A stretch of 64,000 nt of DNA from a plasmid. The notes under the pieces are model-generated. The model worked only from the letters and a program-made list of their open reading frames with translations, was not told the origin of the DNA and searched no databases. Position 1 is the stretch's first letter. Every line of letters begins with the position of its first letter. Both the position numbers and the translations under genes were made by a program. Positions 29,342 through 39,305 of the stretch are shown here, piece after piece. The stretch lies in the sequence record NZ_CP090684.1; one strand, given 5' to 3'.

Positions 29342-32300
29342 TTAAAAGCCTAACAAGTTTCCAGGGTCGGGTGAACGCTCCAAGGTTCGCTCGGTTTCCA
29401 CCGAACGAGTCGGTGCTACCTCAATACTCCGAGTAGCACCGTGCTTCGCCCCTTGGTCAGCACTCTGATCAAGGGAAGACTCAGCCCGTTCAAACTCGAC
29501 TGCTGTTGTCTTGCCCACTTCCCTACCGGCGTTGCGAAGTAGCGTATCCAAATCCGAGGTGATGATCTCGGTGTTGTCTTTCGCTCGCGACGCAGCAACA
29601 TACGCGGCCTCACGATTGAACACGCGCGCACCGATCTTGCTGACCGCCACAATTTCCCGGTGGTTCGTGGCCCCTTGCTCCTTGTACGACGTGTGAGCGT
29701 ACGCATGATCCACAAACCGCAGGTCGTCGTTCTTTAGGTCCGACTCCTTTCCATCTCGATACCATCGAATCTTGGCACCAAGGCTGTCGATCGCGACAAT
29801 AACGCCTTGCGTGCCATTGTCTAGCCGATTCAACTCCTGACCTGGAAGGCGTATGATCGCCCTGGTTTCGACTCGGTCACCTACGGCGAAAACGCGCGAC
29901 TCTTGAATCGCCGGGGAAAAGTAGTCTTGGCGTTGAGGGTTAATCTCCACCGACTTTCCTTTGGCATTCAGCGCATAGATCCGGTTCTTCTGGACGTCAT
30001 ACCCAGTCACTGTGAGCACGTCGCCTTTTTCAACGCCGATTTCGCGGTAGCTCTTTCGATAGATGAGCGCATCTACCCGATTTCGAGACAGCATTGATGC
30101 GTAGCGTTGCTCGGCGCCGGTCATCTTCGGGTCGTCAAGGTGTGGCTTTTCGAAGTGCGGGCCGCTGATGATCCCTACATCGGTCAAAGCCTGATGAACA
30201 GCGGCGTTTATCAATTTCCGGTCGCTGTTGGTGATCGCGACCACACCGACCTTCGGCGCATCGACACCCTTTGCCGTCAATTCCTGGAGGTTCTCCAGGT
30301 ACCTCTCCGCTACAGTTTTTGCAAGGTCTGATTCCGCTACACGCAGGGTGTCGAGACGCGCGATCGCCTGTGCGTAGTTCCCCGCCTTCATGTCCGCGAG
30401 GGCTTGGCGTGTTTGCGCGGTAGCGTCCCGAAAACGCCGCGTCTCCTCGAGAATTGACACGTTCATCCCTGCGATCTGCGCTTGTTCGAACGCCCGACCG
30501 GCTGCAACACTGCCGTGCTGCTTCACGTCGCCTTGCAGGACGGTCCGCGCGCCGATTTCGCGCGCGAATCGTAGGAGTTTCTCCGTGTCGTCCACGCCGG
30601 TCAAGGACGATTCATCCATCACGATCAGAGTCTTCTTTCCGTCAACGTTCCCGTACCGCCGAAGGTTTTCGAGCTTTGCCTGCGTCCGAGCGTATTCCGC
30701 ATCGAGTTCCGTTGCGGACCCTTGCCGCTCAAGGTAAAGCGTGTTCCGCGCCGCGACAGCCTCTGCTGTTCCGATCTGTTCGAATGTCATGAGTCGACGG
30801 CCGAGGGACGCCGCAACGTTAGCCGCTGCAGCACGCACCGTCTCCCTAGCCTGTTCGCCGAGCGTTACAGGGTGTCCCTGTTCAGTTCCGGCCGCTTCTC
30901 TGTGACGCGCCGCGATTTCCGATAACGCTGCCCCGATCGCATTGCGAAGGTTCTCCGGCGACCGGAAGACTTCACCCCGCTGATGATCAAACGTGTACCT
31001 GTGGGTGCCGTAGTCAATATCTTCGCTCTTTACCGCCAACGTCCGAGCCTCGATTCGCTGATCGTCGAGGCCCCGGAGCGTCGCCCGTTCCGAGATCGAC
31101 TTCCGTAGGTCTTGAAGCCGAAGCTCGACCGCCCGGATGGCACTGTCTCGTTTCGCGAAATACCCTGCAACGGTATCGCTTTGGATGCCGCTCGAAGCCT
31201 CGAGCTCCTTCGCGGCCGCTGCGGAGGTCGCCACGCCAATTACCTCCCACCCCATCGCTTGAGCGACGTCCTTCACCATCGCTAACGCCGCCGTCTTGCC
31301 TGTCCCGGCCTCGCCCTGAATGCCCTGAATCGAATCTTCATGCATCAGGACATTGCGAGCCGCCTGTATCTGTTCCCCGGAGAGCTTAAACTGCTCTCCA
31401 ATTTCGGCTGTCTTCTTCGCTTCGAATGCCGCGACCGCGGCGTCGAATTGGTCTTCCGCATCGAGCACAACGTTTCCCTGACCTCGGCCGGCGAGAATGT
31501 GCTCCGCAAGCTTAAGCTCGTTATCGATCGCCTTGTGGGTCGTGTATTGGATCTGGCCGCCCACCGTGATGCCGCGATCGACCAGCATATGGTTACGCAC
31601 ATGCTGATCGATCGCCCACTCGATCTCAGAAATGCTGCCGCGACTGAACTTCAACGCCGTGACCTCGAGATCAACGAGTGTGAAAGCCTGCTCCCGTTCG
31701 GTCAAATGTTCGATCGCCCAGGAGACTGCCCGCAGAGCGTTCGCTCGAGCATCGTTCGAAACGCTAACTGCTGCGCCCCGACTTGGCCCGGAATCCTGCC
31801 CCATCGCCGCCCCGTGCTCCACCGTTCGCTCTACACCGCGTCGCGGAACTTGCCGATCAGCGAACGCCTCCCGCGCGCGTTCTACGATCGAGGCCACGTC
31901 CAAATTTGCTTCTTTCGCCGTCTCCTCCCACACCGACTGCAGAATCTCCCGGGGGTGCTCCTGCTTGGCTGCTCGGCTGTCGAGTTTGGCTACCCTGCGT
32001 GCATCAAAGCTAGCTTCGCCCGGATCTATGCCATGCTTCAAAAGCGCCTCGCGGACCTGGACCGCGCGGGTACTGAATGTGTCGACGTGATCGCGTGAAA
32101 AGCCCTTCAGCTCGAAATCGATGCCGTTCTCCGCATACACAAGTTGGTAACCAAGATGTCGCAGGGCAGCCGCGAGCTCCGCTTTGTAAATGATGTCGCC
32201 GCGCGCCCGTAGCGTGTACAACAGGTCGTTGGTAAGGCTGCGCCACGAATGGCGTGCCCCATCGTAAACAGCGGATACGATCACGTTGTGGTTATGAAGC

Positions 32301-32818
32301 TGCGGCTCGTTCTCCCGGTTAGTTTCGTGCAGCACCGTCGCATACAGCAAGTTGCCGGCCACTTCCGGCCGGTTTCTTCCCTTTTCGTCTTTCACGCGAA
32401 TCAGAGAAGCATGCTTCTCAAACCATTCCATCGTCCGCGCATTCGCTGCAAGGTGCGCCGCGATCACACGGTCGTCCTTCCCAACCAATGCCGCGATCGA
32501 CACGCTTTTCGGCGGCGCAATCGTGAAGTCGATACCCGCCCGGCGCTTGTCCCCCTTACTGTTGTTCGCCAGATTCTGGATCTTGCCAGTGTCCGGATGC
32601 GGCATCCGCCCGCTTAGGAATTGAATGAACTCCTCTTTCGTAACTGCCTTCCCCCTGATACCGAGAAAATCGGCACCGCGTCCCTGCCAGTGAGCCGTCG
32701 CTTTCTCGTTTACATAGTAGTTGTCAGCCTTCTTCCCCGCGTCTTTGTTAAAAGACTTGTCGTGATATCTCGCAGCATCGGCGACGCTACGAATCGGTTC
32801 CTTCGAAATCACCCTCAC
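29342..32818 (-). CDS. traI: MobF-family conjugative relaxase-helicase (TrwC/TraI-like)
   Basis: N-terminal relaxase domain with the LHNHNVIV histidine motif. C-terminal helicase Walker A GIQGEAGTGKTAAL. 1158 aa. Confidence 0.85.
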   Translation of the reverse strand: MRVISKEPIRSVADAARYHDKSFNKDAGKKADNYYVNEKATAHWQGRGADFLGIRGKAVTKEEFIQFLSGRMPHPDTGKIQNLANNSKGDKRRAGIDFTIAPPKSVSIAALVGKDDRVIAAHLAANARTMEWFEKHASLIRVKDEKGRNRPEVAGNLLYATVLHETNRENEPQLHNHNVIVSAVYDGARHSWRSLTNDLLYTLRARGDIIYKAELAAALRHLGYQLVYAENGIDFELKGFSRDHVDTFSTRAVQVREALLKHGIDPGEASFDARRVAKLDSRAAKQEHPREILQSVWEETAKEANLDVASIVERAREAFADRQVPRRGVERTVEHGAAMGQDSGPSRGAAVSVSNDARANALRAVSWAIEHLTEREQAFTLVDLEVTALKFSRGSISEIEWAIDQHVRNHMLVDRGITVGGQIQYTTHKAIDNELKLAEHILAGRGQGNVVLDAEDQFDAAVAAFEAKKTAEIGEQFKLSGEQIQAARNVLMHEDSIQGIQGEAGTGKTAALAMVKDVAQAMGWEVIGVATSAAAAKELEASSGIQSDTVAGYFAKRDSAIRAVELRLQDLRKSISERATLRGLDDQRIEARTLAVKSEDIDYGTHRYTFDHQRGEVFRSPENLRNAIGAALSEIAARHREAAGTEQGHPVTLGEQARETVRAAAANVAASLGRRLMTFEQIGTAEAVAARNTLYLERQGSATELDAEYARTQAKLENLRRYGNVDGKKTLIVMDESSLTGVDDTEKLLRFAREIGARTVLQGDVKQHGSVAAGRAFEQAQIAGMNVSILEETRRFRDATAQTRQALADMKAGNYAQAIARLDTLRVAESDLAKTVAERYLENLQELTAKGVDAPKVGVVAITNSDRKLINAAVHQALTDVGIISGPHFEKPHLDDPKMTGAEQRYASMLSRNRVDALIYRKSYREIGVEKGDVLTVTGYDVQKNRIYALNAKGKSVEINPQRQDYFSPAIQESRVFAVGDRVETRAIIRLPGQELNRLDNGTQGVIVAIDSLGAKIRWYRDGKESDLKNDDLRFVDHAYAHTSYKEQGATNHREIVAVSKIGARVFNREAAYVAASRAKDNTEIITSDLDTLLRNAGREVGKTTAVEFERAESSLDQSADQGAKHGATRSIEVAPTRSVETERTLERSPDPGNLLGF

Positions 32819-33288
32819 ACCCCACTGAAGTCGAAGAATGCTGTCGCAGTGAATCCCGTTTCCCCTGCTTGCAGCGGGATGACAAGGCGTACCGGTTCGC
32901 TTTCAAGGCGGTCGCGATGTGCGTATTCTGTCGCTCGATAAAGCAGCGTGCGAACGGTGCGACTTCCTGATCGCAAGTACACGCGAATTGCTGGGTAGAG
33001 CATCGTGGGTTTGCTGCTCGCCAGTTGCAATTCGACGGTTGCTGTCTTCCCGTTATGCGCAAGCACGCGGAGATCCGATACCGTGACTGTGGTCACCTGG
33101 TGGTCCTCGGGTAGATAACGGATCGCTCGAATTTCAGCGATTTCCGCAGCTGATAGAACTCGCGTTGCGCCGTCCTGGCGCCCTATCCAATCCGCAGCGA
33201 TGCCCCACAGTTGAGAGGAAAACAACCAGCTTACGATGACGGCGCCCGCGGCTACCATCAGCAGCCATTTTCGAAATAGCGACTTCAT
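32815..33288 (-). CDS. membrane-anchored hypothetical protein
   Basis: N-terminal TM helix. Stop overlaps the traI start. No homology recognised. Confidence 0.4.
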   Translation of the reverse strand: MKSLFRKWLLMVAAGAVIVSWLFSSQLWGIAADWIGRQDGATRVLSAAEIAEIRAIRYLPEDHQVTTVTVSDLRVLAHNGKTATVELQLASSKPTMLYPAIRVYLRSGSRTVRTLLYRATEYAHRDRLESEPVRLVIPLQAGETGFTATAFFDFSGV

Positions 33289-35315
33289 CAGAACAACCCC
33301 TCATTTTCTTGCGAGACCGGCTCTCGACCGTCGCTATGTTCATCGCCACGCCCGACGTCGGCTGTCGGAAGCATCACTTCGCCAGTGTCTAGATCGGTGA
33401 CGATCCACTTTCCCTGCGTCGTTACGGCCGCCGTCGGACTGGTTGCCGCTGCCGCTGCCGCTGCAGCAGCTTGGGCCTTCATTGCTTCCGCCTCGGCCCG
33501 GACGCTTTCTATCGCATCTTGACCATCCGCGGCGGATATCTTGAACCGCGGATCGCGTGGCGGGTCCGGCTGCCTCTCGCGGAATCGCAAGGTTCGTGGC
33601 CACGGTCGATACCATCGAGGTAGCCAGTGGCGGTAGTTCACCAATGCCGGCGGAAAGTCACCGGCAACCTGAACGTATGCCATGCAGTTTTTCAGCAACC
33701 CAATCTTCGATGGCATGACCACCCACTTTTCGCGCTCGTCCTGGCTAAGCTGCCCCCCGTCACGCCAATCGGTCACGGCGATCGCCTGTCCCGCCCTGAC
33801 TACGGCTGTCTCACTCTTCCCCAAGCGCCGCGCCATTCGCTCCTGCATGTTCGGTTCATTGAGACGGAGCGTAACAGTGGTGTTGAAGCAGTTCATTAGC
33901 GTTTCGGCGCGGTCCGCACCCATGGACGTATTGAACTGCTTGTCTGCTTGAATGCCAGCGGCGACGCAAACCCCGTACTTCCGCAACTCCGCTTGCCGGG
34001 CGTCCAGCTTGATGTCACCAAGGACATGCGTTTCATCAAGAAAAAACCAATAGCGGTCCTCGTGACGAATTTCCCGGCGCGCGGCAATCGTCTGAAATGC
34101 CATCGTGATCAAGAGGCGAAATAGCGGTGCGAACATCGCATACGTGTCCTCGGTGCCGATGAGGAAAAGTCGCGTGTCGTCGTCCTTTTCGTAGAACTCG
34201 CGGAGCGTCCAAGTGCCGTCCTGAACCGCGGCGATTCCGTTCAAGTAGATGGCGATTGAACTGATCACCCCTTGACGCTGCCCCTTGGAGTCGCCGCCGA
34301 CTGCCGAGCTCGCAACAGAATTCTTGATCAAGAGCTCAAGCTCGTCCTCCGGCATGGAAAGGATGGCCTCGGAAATCAGGCGGGTATAGACCGCCCCGCG
34401 TTGACGCAAGCGTAAGGCCATCACCGAAAATAGCACTCGCGCTGCGTCCTCAAAGAATGCGCTCGCACCATGCACGACCCCCGCCTTAGGCGGCAAGAAT
34501 GCGTGTGCAAGCGTGTCCGAATCGTAGGTGTTCTCCATCTCCATGAACATCGACCAAGGGACCGAGCCAAGCAGGGCGGGATTAAAGAACAGGTCTTTTC
34601 CGGGACGGTAGTACGCTCGAAAGTATTCGCCGGCATGATCGTAAATTACCGACTTTCGGCCGCGCGCGAACACCTGGCCCATAAGATCGTGAATACCCAA
34701 CGATTTGCCTGTTCCTTGCGCCCCGACAAACATAATGCCCTGCATCGGCGCAGATCGAGGAAGGGCCACGTCAAGGACGGTATACGGCCCCGCCTCCTCG
34801 CGGCGTACAGCTTTCGACAGCTCTTCAGCCGAGACGACGTCCAACGCTCCGTCGACGCGCTTGTTCTCACGAGCCCGCCGACCGAGCCGCGCAAGGGACC
34901 GCCAAACCGCGTAATAGCCGGCCGCACCAAGTCCGACGCTGACCCACGCGACATATCGGAATGCCGTGACTGGCCGAGCAAGGTCGGGTACAACGTTCCT
35001 AAACTGAGGGGGAGTTAACCACTGGGCGAGCTCGCCGTCGGATTTGACGACGGTGAGGATCTTTTTCTCCCCAACACCATCGCGAATCCGCCAGCGTCGC
35101 GGTACCTCCTGATCGACGACGTGGGACAAGATATTGGCCTTAACGAGGTCGACATCATGAGCAGTAAGCGTGTTCATCCACCAGACGCTCGGCAGAACCA
35201 TCGCCGGCAACGCCCCGACAAAAAATGCCATCGAGGCAGCATGGACAGTCAGCTTGACCCGAGTCATGAAAAGCGCGCGTCCCGCGCCGGCATCGGAGAT
35301 TACCTTTTCGGTCAT
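33288..35315 (-). CDS. traD: type IV coupling protein TraD/VirD4 family
   Basis: Two N-terminal TM helices. Walker A FVGAQGTGKS. Walker B-like FFLDETH. Ala-rich acidic C-terminal tail. Confidence 0.8.
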   Translation of the reverse strand: MTEKVISDAGAGRALFMTRVKLTVHAASMAFFVGALPAMVLPSVWWMNTLTAHDVDLVKANILSHVVDQEVPRRWRIRDGVGEKKILTVVKSDGELAQWLTPPQFRNVVPDLARPVTAFRYVAWVSVGLGAAGYYAVWRSLARLGRRARENKRVDGALDVVSAEELSKAVRREEAGPYTVLDVALPRSAPMQGIMFVGAQGTGKSLGIHDLMGQVFARGRKSVIYDHAGEYFRAYYRPGKDLFFNPALLGSVPWSMFMEMENTYDSDTLAHAFLPPKAGVVHGASAFFEDAARVLFSVMALRLRQRGAVYTRLISEAILSMPEDELELLIKNSVASSAVGGDSKGQRQGVISSIAIYLNGIAAVQDGTWTLREFYEKDDDTRLFLIGTEDTYAMFAPLFRLLITMAFQTIAARREIRHEDRYWFFLDETHVLGDIKLDARQAELRKYGVCVAAGIQADKQFNTSMGADRAETLMNCFNTTVTLRLNEPNMQERMARRLGKSETAVVRAGQAIAVTDWRDGGQLSQDEREKWVVMPSKIGLLKNCMAYVQVAGDFPPALVNYRHWLPRWYRPWPRTLRFRERQPDPPRDPRFKISAADGQDAIESVRAEAEAMKAQAAAAAAAAATSPTAAVTTQGKWIVTDLDTGEVMLPTADVGRGDEHSDGREPVSQENEGLF

Positions 35316-35662
35316 GCCGCCTCCGCTATGACCTGAACGCCGCAGTCGTCAACGCGGACAAGTTGAAAATCGAGTACTTCCGTCGGCAACAGCATGGCCA
35401 GCTCCTCAGACCGCGCACCGAAATTGTCGCGCCATCTCCTATCAGGCATTCTCAGAAAATCGGCCGCTCGGATAGCTCCGTCACGTCCCACAAAAATCAT
35501 GTCGATCGCAGTAACGGTTGGCCCCCCCGCGAGTTGGTATTCGAACTGAAACGCACACTCGCTACGGGACGGACTCACGTAGGTCGAACACGTGACGCGG
35601 TATTTGCCTGGCCGCAAATGCACCGGCTCGTTTATAGAGGCAAACTTAATCGGCAGCAGCAT
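35312..35662 (-). CDS. hypothetical protein (116 aa)
   Basis: Protein-like composition. Overlaps the traD start. No motif. Confidence 0.35.
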   Translation of the reverse strand: MLLPIKFASINEPVHLRPGKYRVTCSTYVSPSRSECAFQFEYQLAGGPTVTAIDMIFVGRDGAIRAADFLRMPDRRWRDNFGARSEELAMLLPTEVLDFQLVRVDDCGVQVIAEAA

Positions 35663-36107
35663 CGGGGCCCCCTACCCTGAAGACACCTTCATCAAACGCG
35701 CGACTGATCCGCTCGCCTTCCCTCACCGAAGCGGTGATATGGCCTTTCACCTGTTCCCTCATTGGCGCCGGTATAGACGTCGCCATACCGGGTGGAATTG
35801 AAGCCGCGGCAACGGCCCCGGCCGAGAGGGCTGCCGTCTTTACCAACAGCGTATGCAGCTCCGCGTACTGGCCCCGGAGGGCCTCAAGTTGATCCAGCAA
35901 CACTTCATGCCGTCTGTCGTAGTTCGCTAAAGCGTCACGATGAAGAAGCTTCGCGTACGCGTTAGGGGTTAGCTTTCTCTTCCTGGCCTCTTCCTCCAGC
36001 ATCTCGAATTCCTTCCAGTCCACGCGGAAGTGGACAGATTTCAGAGTCACGGTTTGGTCTCTCCGCAAAAACTTGGTTTTGATATCGGGTGGTGCAATCT
36101 GCACCAC
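35646..36107 (-). CDS. MobC-like relaxosome accessory protein (ribbon-helix-helix)
   Basis: RRDQTVTLKSVHFRVDWKEFEMLEEEARKRKLTPNAYAKLL resembles MobC/RHH mobilisation proteins. First gene next to the AT-richer non-coding region. Confidence 0.5.
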   Translation of the reverse strand: MVQIAPPDIKTKFLRRDQTVTLKSVHFRVDWKEFEMLEEEARKRKLTPNAYAKLLHRDALANYDRRHEVLLDQLEALRGQYAELHTLLVKTAALSAGAVAAASIPPGMATSIPAPMREQVKGHITASVREGERISRAFDEGVFRVGGPDAAAD

Positions 36108-36428
36108 TTACTAACCCAATGATTCTGTTGCTGATTCTAGACAGAAATTTACATCAGTGGAAGTAGTGATTATAATTGTGGTGCGCAAAAAAGCGCGATA
36201 AATCATCTGCTTGCGATGGTTTTGACGTCTGCACGGTACGTGCGTCATGTCTGTGCTTTTGTGGAGGGGCGGCTTTGACTTTCCCGCGATCGGATAGATG
36301 GCGGACAACGGCATGCGCCACGACAACAGGACGATGCCGGGAATTGCTTTTGAGGCGTGAGAAAGCGGGGATTCTCGGGCGCACGCAGCCGGCATCGTCC
36401 GGTCCATCATCACTATTCGAGGAGTCCA
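36108..36428. promoter_or_regulatory. candidate oriT
   Basis: Lowest-GC stretch in the region (TTACATCAGTGGAAGTAGTGATTATAATTGTGG). Imperfect inverted repeat TGACGTCTGCACG-GTA-CGTGCGTCA at about 36225-36250. Followed by TTTTGTGGAGGGGCGGCTTT, reminiscent of the F nic region GTGGGGTGTGGTGCTTT. Lies between the relaxosome gene and the leading region. Confidence 0.45.
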
Positions 36429-36743
36429 ATGAACCAGGAAAAATCAGGAACTCACAAGCCGCGCGGCCGCCGACCGGCAGCGTCTCTTGAGGAGAGGATC
36501 GCCGAGGCCGAAAGGCTCGTGGCGAGTCTGAAAGAGCAGAAGAAGCTTGAAGAGCGTCAGAACTTGGAGAGGAACCGTAAGGCGATTCTCGACCTGTTCA
36601 AAAGCGAAGGCGTCGATACGATTCCGATCGAAAAGTGGAAGGCGGCGATGCCGGAGCTGAAGACGGTCCTCGGCGTTGGTCGCGGTGCGACCGACGTCGG
36701 GAGCGGTGTAAGCGAAGCCAAAGGCGCGGAACAGGCGGCATAG
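36429..36743 (+). CDS. small basic coiled-coil protein (105 aa)
   Basis: Met at MNQEKSG. Lys/Glu-rich helix LEERIAEAERLVASLKEQKKLEERQNLERNRKAIL. Only plus-strand gene on the leading side. Confidence 0.4.
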   Translation: MNQEKSGTHKPRGRRPAASLEERIAEAERLVASLKEQKKLEERQNLERNRKAILDLFKSEGVDTIPIEKWKAAMPELKTVLGVGRGATDVGSGVSEAKGAEQAA

Positions 36744-37568
36744 CGTTTTCCACAAATCCACGGCAGCGAACGGACGGCAGCGATTCGTTTGGATCGCAAG
36801 AGCCGTCCGCCGCGCGAGATATCCACAACGTCGTTTGTTGTGGGTATCTCATTCGGCGCGGGCTGCGGTGGGGCTTGTTGGGAAACGCGCTGCACTGGGC
36901 CACGGGCGGCTGCGGTGCGACCGGCGGTCGAAAGCGATCGCGGCGCGGATGCGCCGCGAGAGCGCCGGCCGACGTCGTCAATCCGACGTCAGGGAGTGTA
37001 GGCGGCGCAGCCGTCGAAACTCACTCAAAAATCACCTTATCCCGATCGGAGACGAGCGGGATCTGGATAGCAGCTTCCGACAACCGCGCTGTCCCCGAGA
37101 ATCGTTGATTTTTCGTGATCGGTACTCTCGCGAAAGGCTGGGGCTTCTCGCGAGCGGGTCACAGGGTGACCGGCTCGCGACGGCGCGAGCATGTGCATTG
37201 CGCAGCAATGCAATGCGGAGCGGATACCCGTACGGTAGATCTGACGAGTGGCGCGCTAGCGCCAGGAGACGGATCGGACGATTCAATTTGGAGCAAGGAA
37301 TTGCGCCAAATCTGGATAGCAGCGCTAGGGGCCCGAAACTGCCCACCCTAGCTCGCCGAGGTGCGACTTTCGCAGGCGAAAGTCGAGATTTCAATTCGGT
37401 GCGCCCTGCTACCCGCAAGCCTTCGATTCGAAGCATTCGCAACGCACGGCGAGCCGTCCATCGTCAAATTTCTTCACTTCGGCGGGCGTCGGCGCGCCGG
37501 GTGTTTCTACCTTGGTCATAGTAACTCCGGGCTGTTGTGGCCCGCCGCAGCGGGCCGGATTGGCACAC

Positions 37569-37850
37569 TCAGCCGTGCACCGGGCAGGGGTTGCCGCTAT
37601 CGTTCTGGCAGTCGGGGCACTGCGAAACCGCGTCGCATTCTTCGGCCATCTGCTGCCCCCACTCCCACTCGGCGACCAGTTCCGGCACGTCCGCAAACAT
37701 CGTCGGCACGCTGTAGACCCCTGCCTGATAGTCGTAATACCCCTCGGCCTGCGCGTCGTACAGCGAGGCGATCACCAAATCCGATTGAGGGTCGACAATC
37801 GCTTTGATCTTTGCAAGCGCGTAGTTCACTCGAACATCCAAGCCACGCAT
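37569..37850 (-). CDS. hypothetical Cys-motif protein (93 aa)
   Basis: AGGAGA 5 nt upstream of the ATG. C-terminal CPDCQNDSGNPCPVHG, a possible metal-binding motif. Confidence 0.5.
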   Translation of the reverse strand: MRGLDVRVNYALAKIKAIVDPQSDLVIASLYDAQAEGYYDYQAGVYSVPTMFADVPELVAEWEWGQQMAEECDAVSQCPDCQNDSGNPCPVHG

Positions 37851-37931
37851 TTTTATCTCCTGTATCACGTGTGGGTTCCGTCTCTTAAGTGATCGATAGC
37901 CCGGGCTGACCGGGGCGAACCTTCCGGGGCG

Positions 37932-38132
37932 TTACAGTGGCATCGGCGACCAAGCGCCGGGGGCGTGGCGGTACAGCGTGACGCGCTTGCGCTGGCCGTT
38001 CACCACCGTCTCCACGCGGACCGCGCGAACATCGTCTTCCTCGCGGCGCCACCGGTGCAGTACACGGATTTCCGCGTTCAGGTCACAGCCCAGAAAGAAA
38101 GCGGCGATGCGGCGAAGAAGATTCGATTTCAT
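37932..38132 (-). CDS. small basic protein (66 aa), copy 1 of 2 identical genes
   Basis: Identical 66-aa product also encoded at 40738..40938. GGAG Shine-Dalgarno. Immediately downstream of hairpin element A. Confidence 0.5.
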   Translation of the reverse strand: MKSNLLRRIAAFFLGCDLNAEIRVLHRWRREEDDVRAVRVETVVNGQRKRVTLYRHAPGAWSPMPL

Positions 38133-38520
38133 GGTTGCTCCGTGCGGTTTAAGGGTTTCAGGCTGACCGGGACCCTAGATTCCGAGTCCCTTCGTAGGGT
38201 TTGTTTTAGCCCGACCGGCAGCTGCTTCTGTGCTGCCGCCAGTCCCCTGAGTTCGTCGTCCCGGCGACAAAGGAGCCCGTAGCCGCGCCCGGACAAGGGC
38301 GTGCCCGGAGGCCGCATGCGGAGCGCAGCCGCAGGCGAGCACCGAACGGGCGAGGACACGGCGAAGCGAACCCTTGGCCGGGCGCGGCGAAGGGCTACTG
38401 TCGCGAAAAGGGACGGCGGACTCAGGGGACTGGCGACGGCGTGTCCGCGCGAGAGGGCAAAAACGCCGCGCGGCGAGCGCCCTTCATGCGGCCGCAGGCC
38501 GCATCACTTCAGGGGTGAAT
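38133..38520 (-). repeat. leading-region hairpin element A (core hairpin plus long imperfect inverted repeat); candidate ssDNA promoter
   Basis: Core CTGACCGGGACCCTAGATTCCGAGTCCC. Arms GCCAGTCCCCTGAGTTCGTCGTCCCGGCGACA ... TGTCGCGAAAAGGGACGGCGGACTCAGGGGACTGGCG. Conserved distal block ACGCCGCGCGGCGAGCGCCC. Near-identical to element B. Confidence 0.6.
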
Positions 38521-38526
38521 GTCCGA

Positions 38527-38650
38527 AAGGGCCGAAGGCCCTTTTCGGCTCCCGCGCAAGCGGGCATATCGCTAATCATGCCGCTTGGCGGCACTAGATG
38601 GCGGCGCTGCTTCGTCTACAGCGAAGCGAAGAAAAAGGCCCTTTCGGGCC
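38527..38650 (-). terminator. two hairpin plus T-run terminators ending the upstream small-gene operon
   Basis: GGGCCGAAGGCCCTTTTC, and GGCCCTTTCGGGCC flanked by an A-run (reads as T-run on the minus strand). Confidence 0.4.
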
Positions 38651-38655
38651 TTACG

Positions 38656-38847
38656 TCAGAAACCGGTCTGCTCCCAATGCGCGCGTATTAGAAGGTACTC
38701 CCGCAGCCCGGTGCAACGTCCGTCAACGATGCCTCCACGGCGCACTCTCACCCACCCGTGTCCCATGATCGAAAGCAGCCCTCCGGTGCACTGGTGGATG
38801 GCGACAATGCAGAGTTCGACGGTATTTGCGCTGTCCGCTGTCTTCAT
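38656..38847 (-). CDS. hypothetical small protein (63 aa), translationally coupled
   Basis: ATGA overlap with the stop of 38844..39113. Confidence 0.3.
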   Translation of the reverse strand: MKTADSANTVELCIVAIHQCTGGLLSIMGHGWVRVRRGGIVDGRCTGLREYLLIRAHWEQTGF

Positions 38848-39113
38848 ACCTCGGTGCCTCCGATCCACTCCTTACCGATAAAGACATCTGCGCCGAAGGC
38901 GTCGATCACACACTCGCACGCACGCGGACTGCCGAGCAGACCGACAAGCCGCTCTATCGTCCACGCACCGTCTGCGGGCACTTCGAGCAATACTGAGCCT
39001 CCGAGGTCGCGGAGAATTAGCGGCGGGACCGCATCCGTGCTTTCGGCGCTCACGGTCAGCAGACTGTCCTTGGCGGGAACGATTTTTACACCGCAGCGAG
39101 TCGGATAAATCAC
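38844..39113 (-). CDS. hypothetical protein (89 aa, GTG start)
   Basis: AGGAGA 5 nt upstream of the GTG. Protein-like composition. Confidence 0.4.
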   Translation of the reverse strand: MIYPTRCGVKIVPAKDSLLTVSAESTDAVPPLILRDLGGSVLLEVPADGAWTIERLVGLLGSPRACECVIDAFGADVFIGKEWIGGTEV

Positions 39114-39122
39114 CTGATTCTC

Positions 39123-39305
39123 CTAGTAACCTAGCCAGTCGAGCACTTCCTTACCCTCATACTCCGGGCGATCGCCAACCTCGGCGAGAAAGGCAGAAAA
39201 GCCGCCTTCGACATCGTGGCGTCCAATTTCGGCCTCGGCTTCAGCACGCGTTACTGTCATATCGCATGCGTCTTCGTAGGTGTATGCGGTCATTCCAATC
39301 TCCAT
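39123..39305 (-). CDS. small acidic protein (60 aa)
   Basis: TGATG stop/start overlap with the upstream 187-aa gene. Asp/Glu-rich, typical of leading-region small acidic proteins. Confidence 0.35.
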   Translation of the reverse strand: MEIGMTAYTYEDACDMTVTRAEAEAEIGRHDVEGGFSAFLAEVGDRPEYEGKEVLDWLGY

